From positions 5,722,016 through 5,786,015 of the forward strand of contig OZ244042.1 in NCBI GenBank assembly GCA_965215015.1: 64,000 bases of DNA, written 5' to 3'. Below the pieces are notes generated by a model, which searched no databases, was not told where the DNA came from, and saw only the letters and a program-made list of their open reading frames with translations. Made by a program: the position numbers and the translations under genes. Position 1 is the stretch's first letter. Each line of letters begins with the position of its first letter. Source of the DNA: Candidatus Poribacteria bacterium. GTDB taxonomy: Bacteria; Poribacteria; WGA-4E; PCPOR2b. Positions 47,354 through 57,801 of this stretch are shown piece by piece.

Positions 47354-48439
47354 TCATGACAACATGCGCTCAACGGCATCTAACTCCGCTTCGGTGTACG
47401 GTTGTTGGAATGCACTATCCGTCGGTTCTCCATCTTGCATCAACACCGGCGATGGATTCGGAACCTCCCAATCCCCCAATTCCTCCCGACGGACAAAAGC
47501 CCCGCCGCGTTCCAGAATCGAATAGAACGGCAGGAGAAACATCGTTAATTTTTCCATTAAGTCGTCGCCGGTTTCCGGCGATTCACCTGTTTCAAACATC
47601 TCTTGAATAACCAGCTGCAAGGCATTCCATGTATTGTAGCGGAAATACCCCGGACGCCCCGGTATCTTGCCTTCTGCATCACCCTGATGATCGCCAAAAA
47701 TACGCATATACCCCTGTGCATCCGCACCACTCACCAATTGCAATGAACCGTAGTACGGATGCGTCGGATGATCATGCTCATAGATTACGAGACCATTAGG
47801 CTTTCGCCAATTAGGCGTGTGATACGCTGCACCCGTCATCTTCCCCCGCCCTTTCTTCATCTCGTCCCGTAATACGGCATGGATGTACCATACACCGTGC
47901 AGCCCATGCGAATAATAATCGCTCATCGAATTGTGTGCGACATAGCCTTTGATGTCGTTCATGTCGGCGGCTTTTGCACGCAGGTCGCCGACGCTTTCAG
48001 TAAACTCCCACGTTGATGCGGTCAAGAGTGGGGTGCCGTGTTTTGCCGCGAGGTCTACCATCGCCTGCCCCTTCGCTAGGGAGGTCGCAAACGGTCGATT
48101 AACAAATGTCGGGACCCCCGCCTCAAGGAAAGGCTTTGCGAACAGCGGATACAACGAAATTGCAGTGACATCGTCAATATACACGCCATCAATATGGCCG
48201 ATCATATCAGCGGGATGTTGGACAATTCCAACGCCTTGGAATAACGAGTTCAGTCGCTCCGCCATATCAGGCCTAATGGTCCAAGCGTGTGTCAGCAGCA
48301 TACCTGTCGTGCGGATTTGACCCGCGGGTGGGTTCATCGTATTGCCCCAGATACCGTGCATATGTCCGCCGGGACCGGCTATCACACCAACACGGACCAG
48401 GTCATGCGGAGTAGATCGGGTGAAAGATGGCGTGGTCAT
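47354..48439 (-). CDS. divergent Gfo/Idh/MocA-like oxidoreductase-fold protein
   Basis: N-terminal VRVGVIAGPGG Rossmann-like start and an EKP-region analogue (FVNRPFATSLAKGQAMVDLAAKHGTPLLTASTWEF), then a long C-terminal domain. AAGGAG RBS. Confidence 0.55.
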   Translation of the reverse strand: MTTPSFTRSTPHDLVRVGVIAGPGGHMHGIWGNTMNPPAGQIRTTGMLLTHAWTIRPDMAERLNSLFQGVGIVQHPADMIGHIDGVYIDDVTAISLYPLFAKPFLEAGVPTFVNRPFATSLAKGQAMVDLAAKHGTPLLTASTWEFTESVGDLRAKAADMNDIKGYVAHNSMSDYYSHGLHGVWYIHAVLRDEMKKGRGKMTGAAYHTPNWRKPNGLVIYEHDHPTHPYYGSLQLVSGADAQGYMRIFGDHQGDAEGKIPGRPGYFRYNTWNALQLVIQEMFETGESPETGDDLMEKLTMFLLPFYSILERGGAFVRREELGDWEVPNPSPVLMQDGEPTDSAFQQPYTEAELDAVERMLS

Positions 48440-48754
48440 AAACTGCTCCTTTTGAAGTGGTTATACGTTGTGCGAACAAATAAAATTTTGCTGATTGTAA
48501 TGGAATAGGATTTCAAAGTCAAGCAATTTCACGACTGTCCCTAGGAGAATTGTATCTGTTAATTTAAAAGAAAGGTACAAGGATAGTCGTCCAGTAATTC
48601 GGTGTCCTATGTGGCTTTCAATTGACACTGGATTGTAGGAGGAAAACTATGTGTGCAGGTCAACCATCTAAGGTTGATTGTAGATTAGGATTGTACCACT
48701 GCTAATATGCACGATGGTAGCTGTTCCTAACATCTGGGGGGAGTTAGTGACCAG

Positions 48755-49036
48755 ATGGTTGCTTTTGCTGATACGAGGTTTGCCAAAGCCAATCGCTCAG
48801 GGACCAACTTGCGTGTCTACCGACGTGGGGAATGGAGAGGTCGGTTGCTAGTCGAAATCGTTTTGTCGATGTTGACCCAGGTCTACCATTTGGAGAAAAT
48901 CAGGTATCGGTGTCGGGCTTATTTCAAGACGCGCCTTGCTTTCACGATGATGGCATTTAACCTCTTGGGGCGGTGGGCGGGCTTATCCATTGATGAAGAT
49001 GGATTGCCTTTATCTATTGCTCAATTTAGTTTCTAA
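48755..49036 (+). pseudogene. C-terminal fragment of a DDE transposase (IS4/IS5-superfamily-like), an IS remnant
   Basis: ...RVYRRGEWRGRLLVEIVLSMLTQVYHLEKIRYRCRAYFKTRLAFTMMAFNLL... fits the conserved DDE_Tnp_1 C-terminal pattern (R.R..vE..fs.lK.......R.r......l.....a.NL). A stop codon lies 8 codons upstream of the fragment. Confidence 0.5.
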
Positions 49037-49224
49037 ACTAACACCAAAGGTTATTGAGGGATCAGCTGCAGGCTGAGCCCAACGAGTCTTAGAGATTTTT
49101 CTTAGGACGTGCGGATGAGAAACTACAGGAGATTAAGCAGTCCCTTTCCTGAGAACAAGATTCAACCGGTGAAAAAATCCGTAGATAGGAGTTTAATCAG
49201 ATACATCGTGGGTTTTTAGATATG

Positions 49225-49425
49225 TGAGGGGTGCTCATAAGTATTGCCTGAGTCGCAGATGTAGCAAATGACACAGAAAACACGGACACAGAAGGGGGCT
49301 CAGACGGGATTGGAGACAAGTTATGGGGGCGAGTTTAATGGAAGTTGCGTGTTAGCCAAGCCATATGCTGTAACGGTGTGTGGTTTAGGGCCCGACCGTG
49401 CCTACTACTTTATGAGCACCCCTCA
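49225..49425. mobile_element. MITE-like element: 16-bp perfect terminal inverted repeats (TGAGGGGTGCTCATAA / TTATGAGCACCCCTCA) flanking about 170 nt with no ORF
   Basis: Repeats read directly at 49225-49240 and 49410-49425. Lies 190 nt downstream of the transposase fragment. Confidence 0.4.
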
Positions 49426-49528
49426 TCTATCTATAAGCAGGTGTTGTTGAAAAACATAGCTCCTATTGTCGTTGATAGGAATTCCTTTTACCGTTCAACC
49501 CAACCTACGTGTCAACTGTCAACACGTC

Positions 49529-51337
49529 CTAGTTATCATCGCCATACATCTGCTCAATCGCCGCTTTATGCCTCTCCATAATGACCGGTCGTTTGAGTTT
49601 GAGAGTCGGCGTCATCTCTCCCGATTCCTCTGAAAATTCCTCCGCCATTAAAGTGAACATCCGAACCCGCTCAAAGTCAGCAAAATCGGTCGAATATTGG
49701 TTGATCTCACCCCGAATCAGTCCCTGAATCTCTCGCGTCTGGAGGAGTGCAGGGACATCCTCTGCTTCAAGCTGCTGTTCTCCCGCGTACTCTTTAATCG
49801 CATCAAAATTTGGCACAATAAGCGCAGCAACACTTTTACGCTGATCGCCGAGAAGCATGATTTCGCTGATATACGGACTTTGCTTGAGTTGATTCTCAAT
49901 GGGTTGCGGCGCAACGTTTTTCCCGTTGGAAAGGATGAGGAGGTTTTTCTTACGATCTGTTATTGTCAGAAATCCTTCTTCATCAATTTCCCCGATGTCA
50001 CCTGTGTGAAACCACCCATCTGCGTCGATAGCTTCCGCTGTATCTGACGGTTTGTTGAAATAACCCTGCATGATATGTGGTCCCCGCGACAAAATCTCCC
50101 CATCGTCAGCAATTTTCATCTCCACACCCGGAATGACGGGACCCACAGTGCCAAACTTCCACCGGTCCGGACTATTCACGCTGATGACAGGTGAAGTTTC
50201 CGTCAGGCCATATCCTTCAAGGATGAGGATGCCCGCTGCATGGAAAAACTCCGCAATCGCTTTCGACAAGGGAGCACCGCCGGAAACAAAGAAGCGTAGG
50301 CGTCCGCCGGTTACCGCCTTAAGTTTTTGGAAGACTAGTTTATCGGCAATACTCGCCTTCAGCGATAAGATGGGGGATGGCCTCTTCTGCTGTTGAATGG
50401 CTTGACTTACTTTCGAGCCGACACCGACACTCCAGTGGAAAATCTTTTGTTTAGTAGGAGAACCTTCTTTGACAGAGTTGAGAATTCTTTCGTGCATCGC
50501 CTCATAGACACGCGGCACACTCATCATAATGGTCGGGCGGACCTCCTGCATGTTCTGGCGAATAGTAAACGGGCTTTCAGCATACGCAATTGTCGCACCA
50601 GAGCTAAGTGGCAGATAGTGTCCCCCCATCCGTTCAAAGACATGCGATAACGGGAGGAAAGAGAGGAAAACGTCCTCAGGGGTGATTGTCACAATCCCCG
50701 TGGCAGCCTGCACATTCGACATAAAATTGCTGTGGGTCAGCATTGCGCCCTTTGGGTCACCTGTCGTCCCGGAGGTATAAATAATTGAGGCAAGGTCGTC
50801 CGGCGTAACCGCCTCACTGGCTTGCTGGTAGATCTGATCCTCGTTTTCAACCTGAGCGTCAATTTGCCCAAGTTCACACACCTGACTGAATGTGCACACT
50901 GCATCATCTTGCAGATCATCGAAAATAATAATGTGCTGAAGATTTGTTGGGACATTTGCATCCCAGTCCTTGATCTTCTGCAGCTGTCTTTCGCTGGATA
51001 CGCAGAGAATCTTTGCCCCTGAATCCCTGACGATGTACTCTACCTGTGCGGAGGTCAGCGTCGAAAACATTGGCACAGTAACCCCACCGCCGGCGAGAAT
51101 TGCTAGGTCGGCTATTGCCCATTCCGGACGGTTTTCGGATAGCAGGGCAACCCGATCCCCCTTCTGCAAGCCGAGTTCGATCAGGCCTAAGCAGAAGTGT
51201 TTGATCTGCTCTGCGAGTGTTGCATAAGAGATATCCTGATACTCCTTATCAACTTTGTGAGATAACGCAGTCTCTGAGCCATGTTGCCCGATGGTATTTT
51301 GTACCATTTGGTTGAGTGTTATTTTGTCCATGATCAA
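49529..51337 (-). CDS. long-chain fatty-acid--CoA ligase (AMP-dependent synthetase/ligase)
   Basis: 602 aa. AMP-binding signature IYTSGTTGDPKGAMLTH, adenylation core motifs (GYGLTE; GWFHTGD), C-terminal domain. AAGGAGG RBS. Confidence 0.85.
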   Translation of the reverse strand: MIMDKITLNQMVQNTIGQHGSETALSHKVDKEYQDISYATLAEQIKHFCLGLIELGLQKGDRVALLSENRPEWAIADLAILAGGGVTVPMFSTLTSAQVEYIVRDSGAKILCVSSERQLQKIKDWDANVPTNLQHIIIFDDLQDDAVCTFSQVCELGQIDAQVENEDQIYQQASEAVTPDDLASIIYTSGTTGDPKGAMLTHSNFMSNVQAATGIVTITPEDVFLSFLPLSHVFERMGGHYLPLSSGATIAYAESPFTIRQNMQEVRPTIMMSVPRVYEAMHERILNSVKEGSPTKQKIFHWSVGVGSKVSQAIQQQKRPSPILSLKASIADKLVFQKLKAVTGGRLRFFVSGGAPLSKAIAEFFHAAGILILEGYGLTETSPVISVNSPDRWKFGTVGPVIPGVEMKIADDGEILSRGPHIMQGYFNKPSDTAEAIDADGWFHTGDIGEIDEEGFLTITDRKKNLLILSNGKNVAPQPIENQLKQSPYISEIMLLGDQRKSVAALIVPNFDAIKEYAGEQQLEAEDVPALLQTREIQGLIRGEINQYSTDFADFERVRMFTLMAEEFSEESGEMTPTLKLKRPVIMERHKAAIEQMYGDDN

Positions 51338-51536
51338 CCTCCTTATATTCGGATTATGGGGAATCTGGGAAACCTTAACCTAAATCTATTCAATTCCGTA
51401 ACTGTCCTTTGTCCGTTTCGGTCACCAAACGAATTTCAACACTCACGGCACTTGTCCGTCGCCTTTCGCGCTGATGTGCATTATACCCCTACTGACAAAA
51501 AAGGGTCAACTGGAAAAACAAAAAAATAATAAAATG

Positions 51537-53561
51537 TTAAAACGCGCCTGTCACGCCCTCCTTCTCATCAACTTTTACATCGCAGGTCACGTATTTGTTG
51601 TACCACGCCAACTGACGCTTGAGCATATCCAACTGATGGCGCGGCTCCCCAATGCCATGACCTTCGCGAGGGTATTTGACGAATACTGTCTCAACCCCGA
51701 CAGATTTGAGTCCAGCGTAGAATTCCTCCGATTGTGGCAGAGGAACCCGGATATCCTCCTCACCGTGCAAAATGAGGGTTGGGGTTTGGGCGCGATTCAC
51801 GTAGCTAATCGGCGATCGCTCACGGTACAATTCTAACCTCTGTGATGGAGGACCGGCAAAGTAGAGCGACATAAAACTCGGAATATCGGTTTGTGCATAA
51901 AAGCTGACCAGATTGATGACACCGCAAACATTGCAGGCGGCTTTGAAGCGGTCAGTATGAGTGATAATCCAACTTGTCATATAGCCGCCGTAGCTTGAAC
52001 CACCGACGATTAGACGGTCAGGATCGGCAATCCCCTGTTCAATTAGAAAATCGACACCCGCCATGATATCCTGATAATCACCGCCACCCCAGTCATTATA
52101 GTTTGCTGTGGCAAAGTCGTTTCCATATCCATCCCCGCCGCGGAAGTTCGGGGCAAAGTAAGCAAAGCCTTCACCGCTGAAATAATGCCATGTCGGTTTG
52201 AACCCCAAATCGCGTGAGCTACGGGGACCGCCGTGTGGCTCGGCAATGAGCGGATAGCTTTTACCCGCTTCATAGCCAACAGGTAAGCAGAGTAAGCCTT
52301 CGATCTCAAGTTCGTCACGGCTCGGCCATTGAATCACCCGCACTTCACCGAGTGCAAAGTTTTTTAATTGGGGGTTAAGCTTTGTCAGCTGCTTCATCTC
52401 CCCCGTGCGGATAGATCCGATCCAAATATCCGTTGGAACGTATGGCTCGCTACGAGTACACAGAAATGTATCATTATCATCGGCGATGGAAACCTCGCCA
52501 ATAACCCAATCGCCGTGGGTGATTTGATGAATTTCGCCTGCTGTTTTAGAAACGGAATAAAGCTGCCAACGCACCCGATCCATTGCGATGAAGTAGATGG
52601 TCTCTCCATCCGGGGACCAGACCGGTGCATCGGCGTTACGATCGAGCGGGGTAGCGGTCAGACTTGTTGATGCACCGCCTTCCGCTGAGATGATGTGGAG
52701 GTTTTTCTGACCATAACCCTCTGGGCTATGCAAGTATGCGATTTGCCTCCCATCCGGTGACCAATGCGGCGAACTCTCTCTGCCGGTATGCGCTGTCAAT
52801 TTTCGGATATTCTTGGTTTCGATGTCAACGACCTGAACAGTTCCGTGAAACATCGTATCATCCGCTTTTGGAGAAGGTGTCAAAATAAAGACAATCTGCT
52901 TCCCATCCGGCGACCAACACGGCTCGCTGACATGGAAATTCCCTGTCGTCAGTCTCTGGGATTTGTCCACATTGACATTCTCATCTGCCTCCTCCCCCGG
53001 CAAATTAAAGAGCAGTTCGGATTCATCATCCAGCGTTTCGACCTCGATAACCCACAGATGTTGCTGCGTGAAGTCATCGACTCCGATGACTACCCGGTCG
53101 TCCCCGGCTTTCTGCCGCTTCTCTTCAGCCGGGCTATCCTCCTCAGCCTTCAGAAATGCAATCTGTTTTCCGTCAAATGACCATCGCGGATTTGACGCAC
53201 CGTTTTTCGTGTGGGTAAGTTGTTTTGCCTCGCCGCCTGCAATCGAAATAATCCAGATCTGCGTTTTGTCGTCCCTCCGCTTTGAGACAAAAGCAAGTCG
53301 TGTGCTGTCAGGTGCCCATTGTGGATCGCTGTCTCCATCGGGACCATTCGTCAACTGGAACGGTTCACCACCATCGGTCGAAACGAGCCAAATATGCCCC
53401 CGGTGTTCACTCTTATCAACTTCAAGGATTGGAACGGTTTGGACAAACACCGTCCATTTGCCATCAGGCGAGATTGCTGCCTCACTGATGCCTTTCAACC
53501 TAACGATGTCCTCTGGTTGAAGTGTTACTAATTCTCGATGTTCTTGTGTGTTGTCGGTCAT
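51537..53561 (-). CDS. S9-family serine peptidase (prolyl oligopeptidase/acylaminoacyl peptidase-like) with an N-terminal beta-propeller
   Basis: 674 aa. TolB-like propeller repeats (WSPDG...), catalytic GGSYGG nucleophile elbow, and Asp/His in the C-terminal alpha/beta-hydrolase domain. Confidence 0.85.
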   Translation of the reverse strand: MTDNTQEHRELVTLQPEDIVRLKGISEAAISPDGKWTVFVQTVPILEVDKSEHRGHIWLVSTDGGEPFQLTNGPDGDSDPQWAPDSTRLAFVSKRRDDKTQIWIISIAGGEAKQLTHTKNGASNPRWSFDGKQIAFLKAEEDSPAEEKRQKAGDDRVVIGVDDFTQQHLWVIEVETLDDESELLFNLPGEEADENVNVDKSQRLTTGNFHVSEPCWSPDGKQIVFILTPSPKADDTMFHGTVQVVDIETKNIRKLTAHTGRESSPHWSPDGRQIAYLHSPEGYGQKNLHIISAEGGASTSLTATPLDRNADAPVWSPDGETIYFIAMDRVRWQLYSVSKTAGEIHQITHGDWVIGEVSIADDNDTFLCTRSEPYVPTDIWIGSIRTGEMKQLTKLNPQLKNFALGEVRVIQWPSRDELEIEGLLCLPVGYEAGKSYPLIAEPHGGPRSSRDLGFKPTWHYFSGEGFAYFAPNFRGGDGYGNDFATANYNDWGGGDYQDIMAGVDFLIEQGIADPDRLIVGGSSYGGYMTSWIITHTDRFKAACNVCGVINLVSFYAQTDIPSFMSLYFAGPPSQRLELYRERSPISYVNRAQTPTLILHGEEDIRVPLPQSEEFYAGLKSVGVETVFVKYPREGHGIGEPRHQLDMLKRQLAWYNKYVTCDVKVDEKEGVTGAF

Positions 53562-53840
53562 GATATTCTTTGCTCCTACTACCGGCGGTTTTTAGAGAAT
53601 AGATATGGGCAAGCAAGGTTAGTTATGGTAAAATATCCTCTATCCAATAATGTGAGTTTCAGCCGAGCGGCATTATGAAACAAAGCAATCGCCAAAACGG
53701 GTGAATCTGATGCCCATGATACCCCATTTGCCAAAGATTTTCAAGCCTGTTTTGAAAGTCTGAGACTCACAAAGATAGCAATTTCATCTGGGTACATCAG
53801 GAAAAGGGGAAGGCGGAGGATACAAACTCCGCCAATAGAT

Positions 53841-54671
53841 ATGAAAAACGCGGCTGGAGACGCTCTTTTTGACCTAGCGCAACTAGAAAATGACCAGATT
53901 GATCTGGCTAAGGGTGCCCTCCTCATTGCTAGAGATGCCTATGCTGATTTGGACATTGAGGTGTACCTACAACGGTTGGATCAGATGGCCGAAGAGCTTC
54001 AATCGCAGATTGGTGAGGAAGCAAATACAAGTGGACGGATTAACCATCTGAATCACTATCTATTTGAGGCGCAGGGATTCGCGGGCAGCAGTCAAGAAAA
54101 TTATTACGATGCCCGAAATAGCTATCTCAACGAAGTGCTTGACCACAAAACTGGCATTCCAATTACCCTTTCAGTTGTGTATATGGAAATTGGTAAGCGG
54201 ATTGGATTGCCGTTGGTGGGGGTCGGTTTTCCCGGACATTTTATCGTCAAGCATAGGGATTTAGAAACTGTGATTGATCCCTTTGAGGGAGGGCAAATCT
54301 TATCCGATGAAGATCTTACCGAAAGGTTGACACAGATCTTCCGTGAGCCCGTGCGGATGCATCCCCGGTTCCTGGAAGCGGTTACGAATAAAGAGATTCT
54401 CGCGCGGATGCTGCGGAACCTGAGACAGATCCATTTCAGAGAAGAGGCGTATGAGAAAGCGGTTAGAGCCGCCGAACAGATTACATGGCTTGCCCCTCAA
54501 TCCGCACAAGACCATCGGGATCTCGGTTATCTGTACTACCAAGTCAATGCCTACGCTAAGTCTCTGGCTGCCTTCAATACCTATCTCCACTTATCGGATG
54601 ATCCCCCAGATTGGGAGGAAATTTCTCGGAATATCCGTGTTCTGACCCAACAGATTGCTAAACTGAATTAA
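53841..54671 (+). CDS. transglutaminase-like/SirB1-family (UPF0162) protein with a C-terminal TPR-like region
   Basis: 276 aa. The central region (GIPITLSVVYMEIGKRIGLPLVGVGFPGHFIVK) matches the SirB1/YchA transglutaminase-like core. Confidence 0.65.
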   Translation: MKNAAGDALFDLAQLENDQIDLAKGALLIARDAYADLDIEVYLQRLDQMAEELQSQIGEEANTSGRINHLNHYLFEAQGFAGSSQENYYDARNSYLNEVLDHKTGIPITLSVVYMEIGKRIGLPLVGVGFPGHFIVKHRDLETVIDPFEGGQILSDEDLTERLTQIFREPVRMHPRFLEAVTNKEILARMLRNLRQIHFREEAYEKAVRAAEQITWLAPQSAQDHRDLGYLYYQVNAYAKSLAAFNTYLHLSDDPPDWEEISRNIRVLTQQIAKLN

Positions 54672-54764
54672 CCTCGCTAAACTTATGCGTTTGACCCCTC
54701 GCGCAATTTGATCCCTACACCCTTTGCATAAAGAAGGAATAAAGGAGAAGTAAGGAGAAACTGC

Positions 54765-55850
54765 ATGGACCGTAAACTCCGTTTTGCCGTGATTGGTGCC
54801 GGTGGATTTGCAGAGGTATGTCAGATTCCCGGCTTACAGCGGCACCCCAACGCAGAGGTTGTCGCGCTGTGCCGTCGTAACCGCGATCTGTGCGAGCAAA
54901 CCGCACTTAAATTTGGTGTCCCAAAAATCTATACAGATTACGCTGACGTAATCGCCGATGACATAGTCGATGCAGTGGCAATTGTGACACCCAACGTCTT
55001 CCATTATCCTATTGCGGTACAGGCACTCCAAGCGGGGAAGCATGTTTTCTGCGAGAAGCCCTTAGCAATGAACGTTGCTGAGGCACGTGAGATGTACGAT
55101 ATCGCCGAAGCCAGCGGTAAGATTCATCATGTCGCCTTCACGTTCCGCTACACGCATTGCCTCTATAAATTGCGTAAAATGCTGAAAGACGGCAAGATTG
55201 GCAAACCGTTCTATGTTCGCATTCAAGCCGATGGTTGGAATGCGCTGCGATCATCCTCAACGGCAGCATGGCGTAACCAGCGAAGCCTTTCTGGCACCGG
55301 CATCCTTGGCGATATGGGGTCACACTTTTTTGATGCGATTCGGTGGGTATGTGGCGATATTACACAAGTGTGTGGCGTGTTGCATAACGTACCGCGCGTT
55401 CGTCCGCATATCAGCACAGGCGAACCGACTTCAATCGATACCGATGATCTCGCTGCTGCGTGGTTCGAGACTGAATCTGGCTTGAAAGGGCAGTTCTTCG
55501 TCAGTAGTATTACGCCGGCACGCCCGGAAAATAAATATATTGAAGTCATCGGTGAGGATGGCGCGTTGTTCGCTTATTTAAGCCGGGGCCAGCAGGAGGG
55601 TTTACGGTTTCGCCACCGCGACGGTGATTGGGAGACAGTCGATCTGCCACTCGAAGCTGCTGAAGGTAAACCACACGCCCTAGGGCGAATGATGGGCAAT
55701 TTTGTTGACGGAATTCTCGGTGGACAACTTAATTCGGATCGAGATCCCTCCTTCTTCGATGGCTGGAAAGCACAGTTGGCAATTGATGCTGTTGTCGAAT
55801 CTGCAAAGCAGAAAAAGTGGATTCAGATTGGAAACGGGAAAAACGATTAA
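54765..55850 (+). CDS. Gfo/Idh/MocA-family oxidoreductase
   Basis: FAVIGAGGFA Rossmann motif, EKP (VFCEKPLA) and the C-terminal domain. AAGGAGAA RBS. Confidence 0.85.
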   Translation: MDRKLRFAVIGAGGFAEVCQIPGLQRHPNAEVVALCRRNRDLCEQTALKFGVPKIYTDYADVIADDIVDAVAIVTPNVFHYPIAVQALQAGKHVFCEKPLAMNVAEAREMYDIAEASGKIHHVAFTFRYTHCLYKLRKMLKDGKIGKPFYVRIQADGWNALRSSSTAAWRNQRSLSGTGILGDMGSHFFDAIRWVCGDITQVCGVLHNVPRVRPHISTGEPTSIDTDDLAAAWFETESGLKGQFFVSSITPARPENKYIEVIGEDGALFAYLSRGQQEGLRFRHRDGDWETVDLPLEAAEGKPHALGRMMGNFVDGILGGQLNSDRDPSFFDGWKAQLAIDAVVESAKQKKWIQIGNGKND

Positions 55851-56222
55851 TAGTGTGTAACCATAGAGGATTCATTTTTTTCTTGACCGAACGAAGATCT
55901 TGGCATACAATTAATAACGCGTTTAGTAACATAGAGAAATCTCTAAGTCGTTCGGGCAATTTCTGCGTTTTAACAGTGCGTGCAAGGTTAGGGCACGAGC
56001 ATTTCACTTTTTCGCGAGGTTTTTCGGCGTGAATAACCGGTAGTTGACAGCTCGACGCTGACTCTGTACATCTTCCCAGTCAGGGACTTATCGCGTGAGC
56101 GTTTCTCCATCGACTGGTAAATCGTTTACCATAAAAAAACAAACCTGCTTTAGCATCCTATGTAAGATGATATAAAAAGGGTTATCCAGACTGTTGACGC
56201 AAACTATTTTTGGAGGTAACAA

Positions 56223-56741
56223 ATGAGTGCCAAGAAAACCTCAGGGGCTTTGATGACATCGGTGATCGTTCACGGAGTCGCCTTCTTTATCACGGGTATC
56301 TACCTCGTTACTCAAACCCAGCAGTTCAAAGATTTAGTCGGTGCCGAAGTCCTACAAGCAAAGGAACCCCCCAAACCACAAGTTCGAAAACCGGTCATCA
56401 AACCGGTAGTCAAACCAACCGTTCCAACCACAAACACAGTGGTAGTTGAGCAAGTTCAAGTCCAACCTAGAGTGACAACAGCAGCTGTTGTACGTCCGAC
56501 CTCCGTGCAGCCGCAAACCGTTTTGGAATTCTCTAATAAAGTGGTGAAGTTGGAGGCACCCCTCAACCCCAACGTTCCGAAAGTAGCAAGCCCGAATCAA
56601 CCTGTGCCGCAAGTCGTGACACATGCCGACCTACCGACTTCTGATGCGCCTGGGGCGTTGGCATTTTCCGCGCCTGTCGCAACGGCTCCAAGTGCCGCGC
56701 CCGCCAATATTGGTCGTGGATTAGCGGCGTTGTGCAGGTGA
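56223..56741 (+). CDS. membrane-anchored Pro/Val/Gln-rich linker protein (TonB-like N-terminal architecture), possibly the N-terminal part of the downstream DUF4159 protein split by a frameshift
   Basis: 172 aa: one TM helix then low-complexity PKP/PxV repeats, with no globular domain. Overlaps the next ORF by 10 nt in a different frame. Confidence 0.5.
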   Translation: MSAKKTSGALMTSVIVHGVAFFITGIYLVTQTQQFKDLVGAEVLQAKEPPKPQVRKPVIKPVVKPTVPTTNTVVVEQVQVQPRVTTAAVVRPTSVQPQTVLEFSNKVVKLEAPLNPNVPKVASPNQPVPQVVTHADLPTSDAPGALAFSAPVATAPSAAPANIGRGLAALCR

Positions 56742-57700
56742 AGGTCGCTTTTGCGCGTCCGAAGGGACTCGCTATGGTCGAACATGTCGGTGCTGTTCGC
56801 GATGCCTTGAATGATGTTGTTGAGAACATTACGCTCGGCAACGTTGAGGTCCCTCCATTGCCGCGGGGCGAACCCGGCGGACGCGTTATTGGTCGTGGTG
56901 CTGATATCCGCGGTGTCTTTCGTTTCACGCGCCTCCGCCATAGTCTCTCGGACTGGTGGGCAGATGCTTCCTCACTGAACGCTTTTACTAAATGGCTCAA
57001 CGAACGTACTAAGATTAAGACCGATATGAACGTCGAAGGTGGTGCACTAAAGTTAAACGACGCTAACCTGATGAAATGTCCGTTAGTTTTCATGACGGGA
57101 CATGATCCGGCACATGTCCGTTCTAAGAATCTGATGGGTCGTCAATATGGCGGTGGCAAAATGGACAGTCGATTTTCTGAAACGGAAATGTCTGCGTTGC
57201 GGCGCTATCTCGTAGAAAAAGGCGGTCTCCTCGTCTTTGACGACTGCGGTATCGACGCGGCGACGCAAGCGATGCCCCGATTATTCTTGGCACAGATGCG
57301 ATATGTGATGCCAGAGTATCAGGTTCAACGCATACCAAACGACCACGAAATCTACGATAACTTCTACGAGATGGGTGGGCCGCCGACCGGATTCGATATC
57401 TTCTGGTGGGGATCTCGCCCAGGTAGGCGGAACTTCCTTGAAGGCATTTCCGTTGGCGATAAAATTTCGGTCATTTTGGTTCGCCGCGACTATATGTGTG
57501 CAATGGAGTCGGTTAGCTTACCAACCCGCTCCGTCAAATACTCACCCGGCGTTTATCGTTTCATGACCAACGTCGCAGTTTACGCTCTGACGCACGGCTC
57601 GATTTCCGACTACTCCGGTTATGTGCCAGAAGATAGGATGGCGACGCGGAAGCTGCCGACCCAAGCGCCCGAGGCATCAAAAATTGGAGCAGTTGAATAG
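56732..57700 (+). CDS. DUF4159-domain protein
   Basis: PLVFMTGHD...LRRYLVEKGGLLVFDDCG...THGSISDY matches my recollection of DUF4159 (PF13709). GTG start with no signal or TM of its own. Confidence 0.55.
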   Translation: MQVKVAFARPKGLAMVEHVGAVRDALNDVVENITLGNVEVPPLPRGEPGGRVIGRGADIRGVFRFTRLRHSLSDWWADASSLNAFTKWLNERTKIKTDMNVEGGALKLNDANLMKCPLVFMTGHDPAHVRSKNLMGRQYGGGKMDSRFSETEMSALRRYLVEKGGLLVFDDCGIDAATQAMPRLFLAQMRYVMPEYQVQRIPNDHEIYDNFYEMGGPPTGFDIFWWGSRPGRRNFLEGISVGDKISVILVRRDYMCAMESVSLPTRSVKYSPGVYRFMTNVAVYALTHGSISDYSGYVPEDRMATRKLPTQAPEASKIGAVE

Positions 57701-57739
57701 AATTTGTTGATTCGGATACCTCTCGAATCAATTCAGCAT

Positions 57740-57773
57740 AAAAAGCAGCCATTCACTTGGCTGCTTTTTTTAT
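57740..57773 (+). terminator. rho-independent terminator after the DUF4159 gene
   Basis: AAAAGCAGCC attcactt GGCTGCTTTTTTTATT: 10-bp GC-rich stem, 8-nt loop, 7-T run. Confidence 0.6.
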
Positions 57774-57801
57774 TGCTTTCCCAGCCAAGAAGGAGATTTG
57801 T

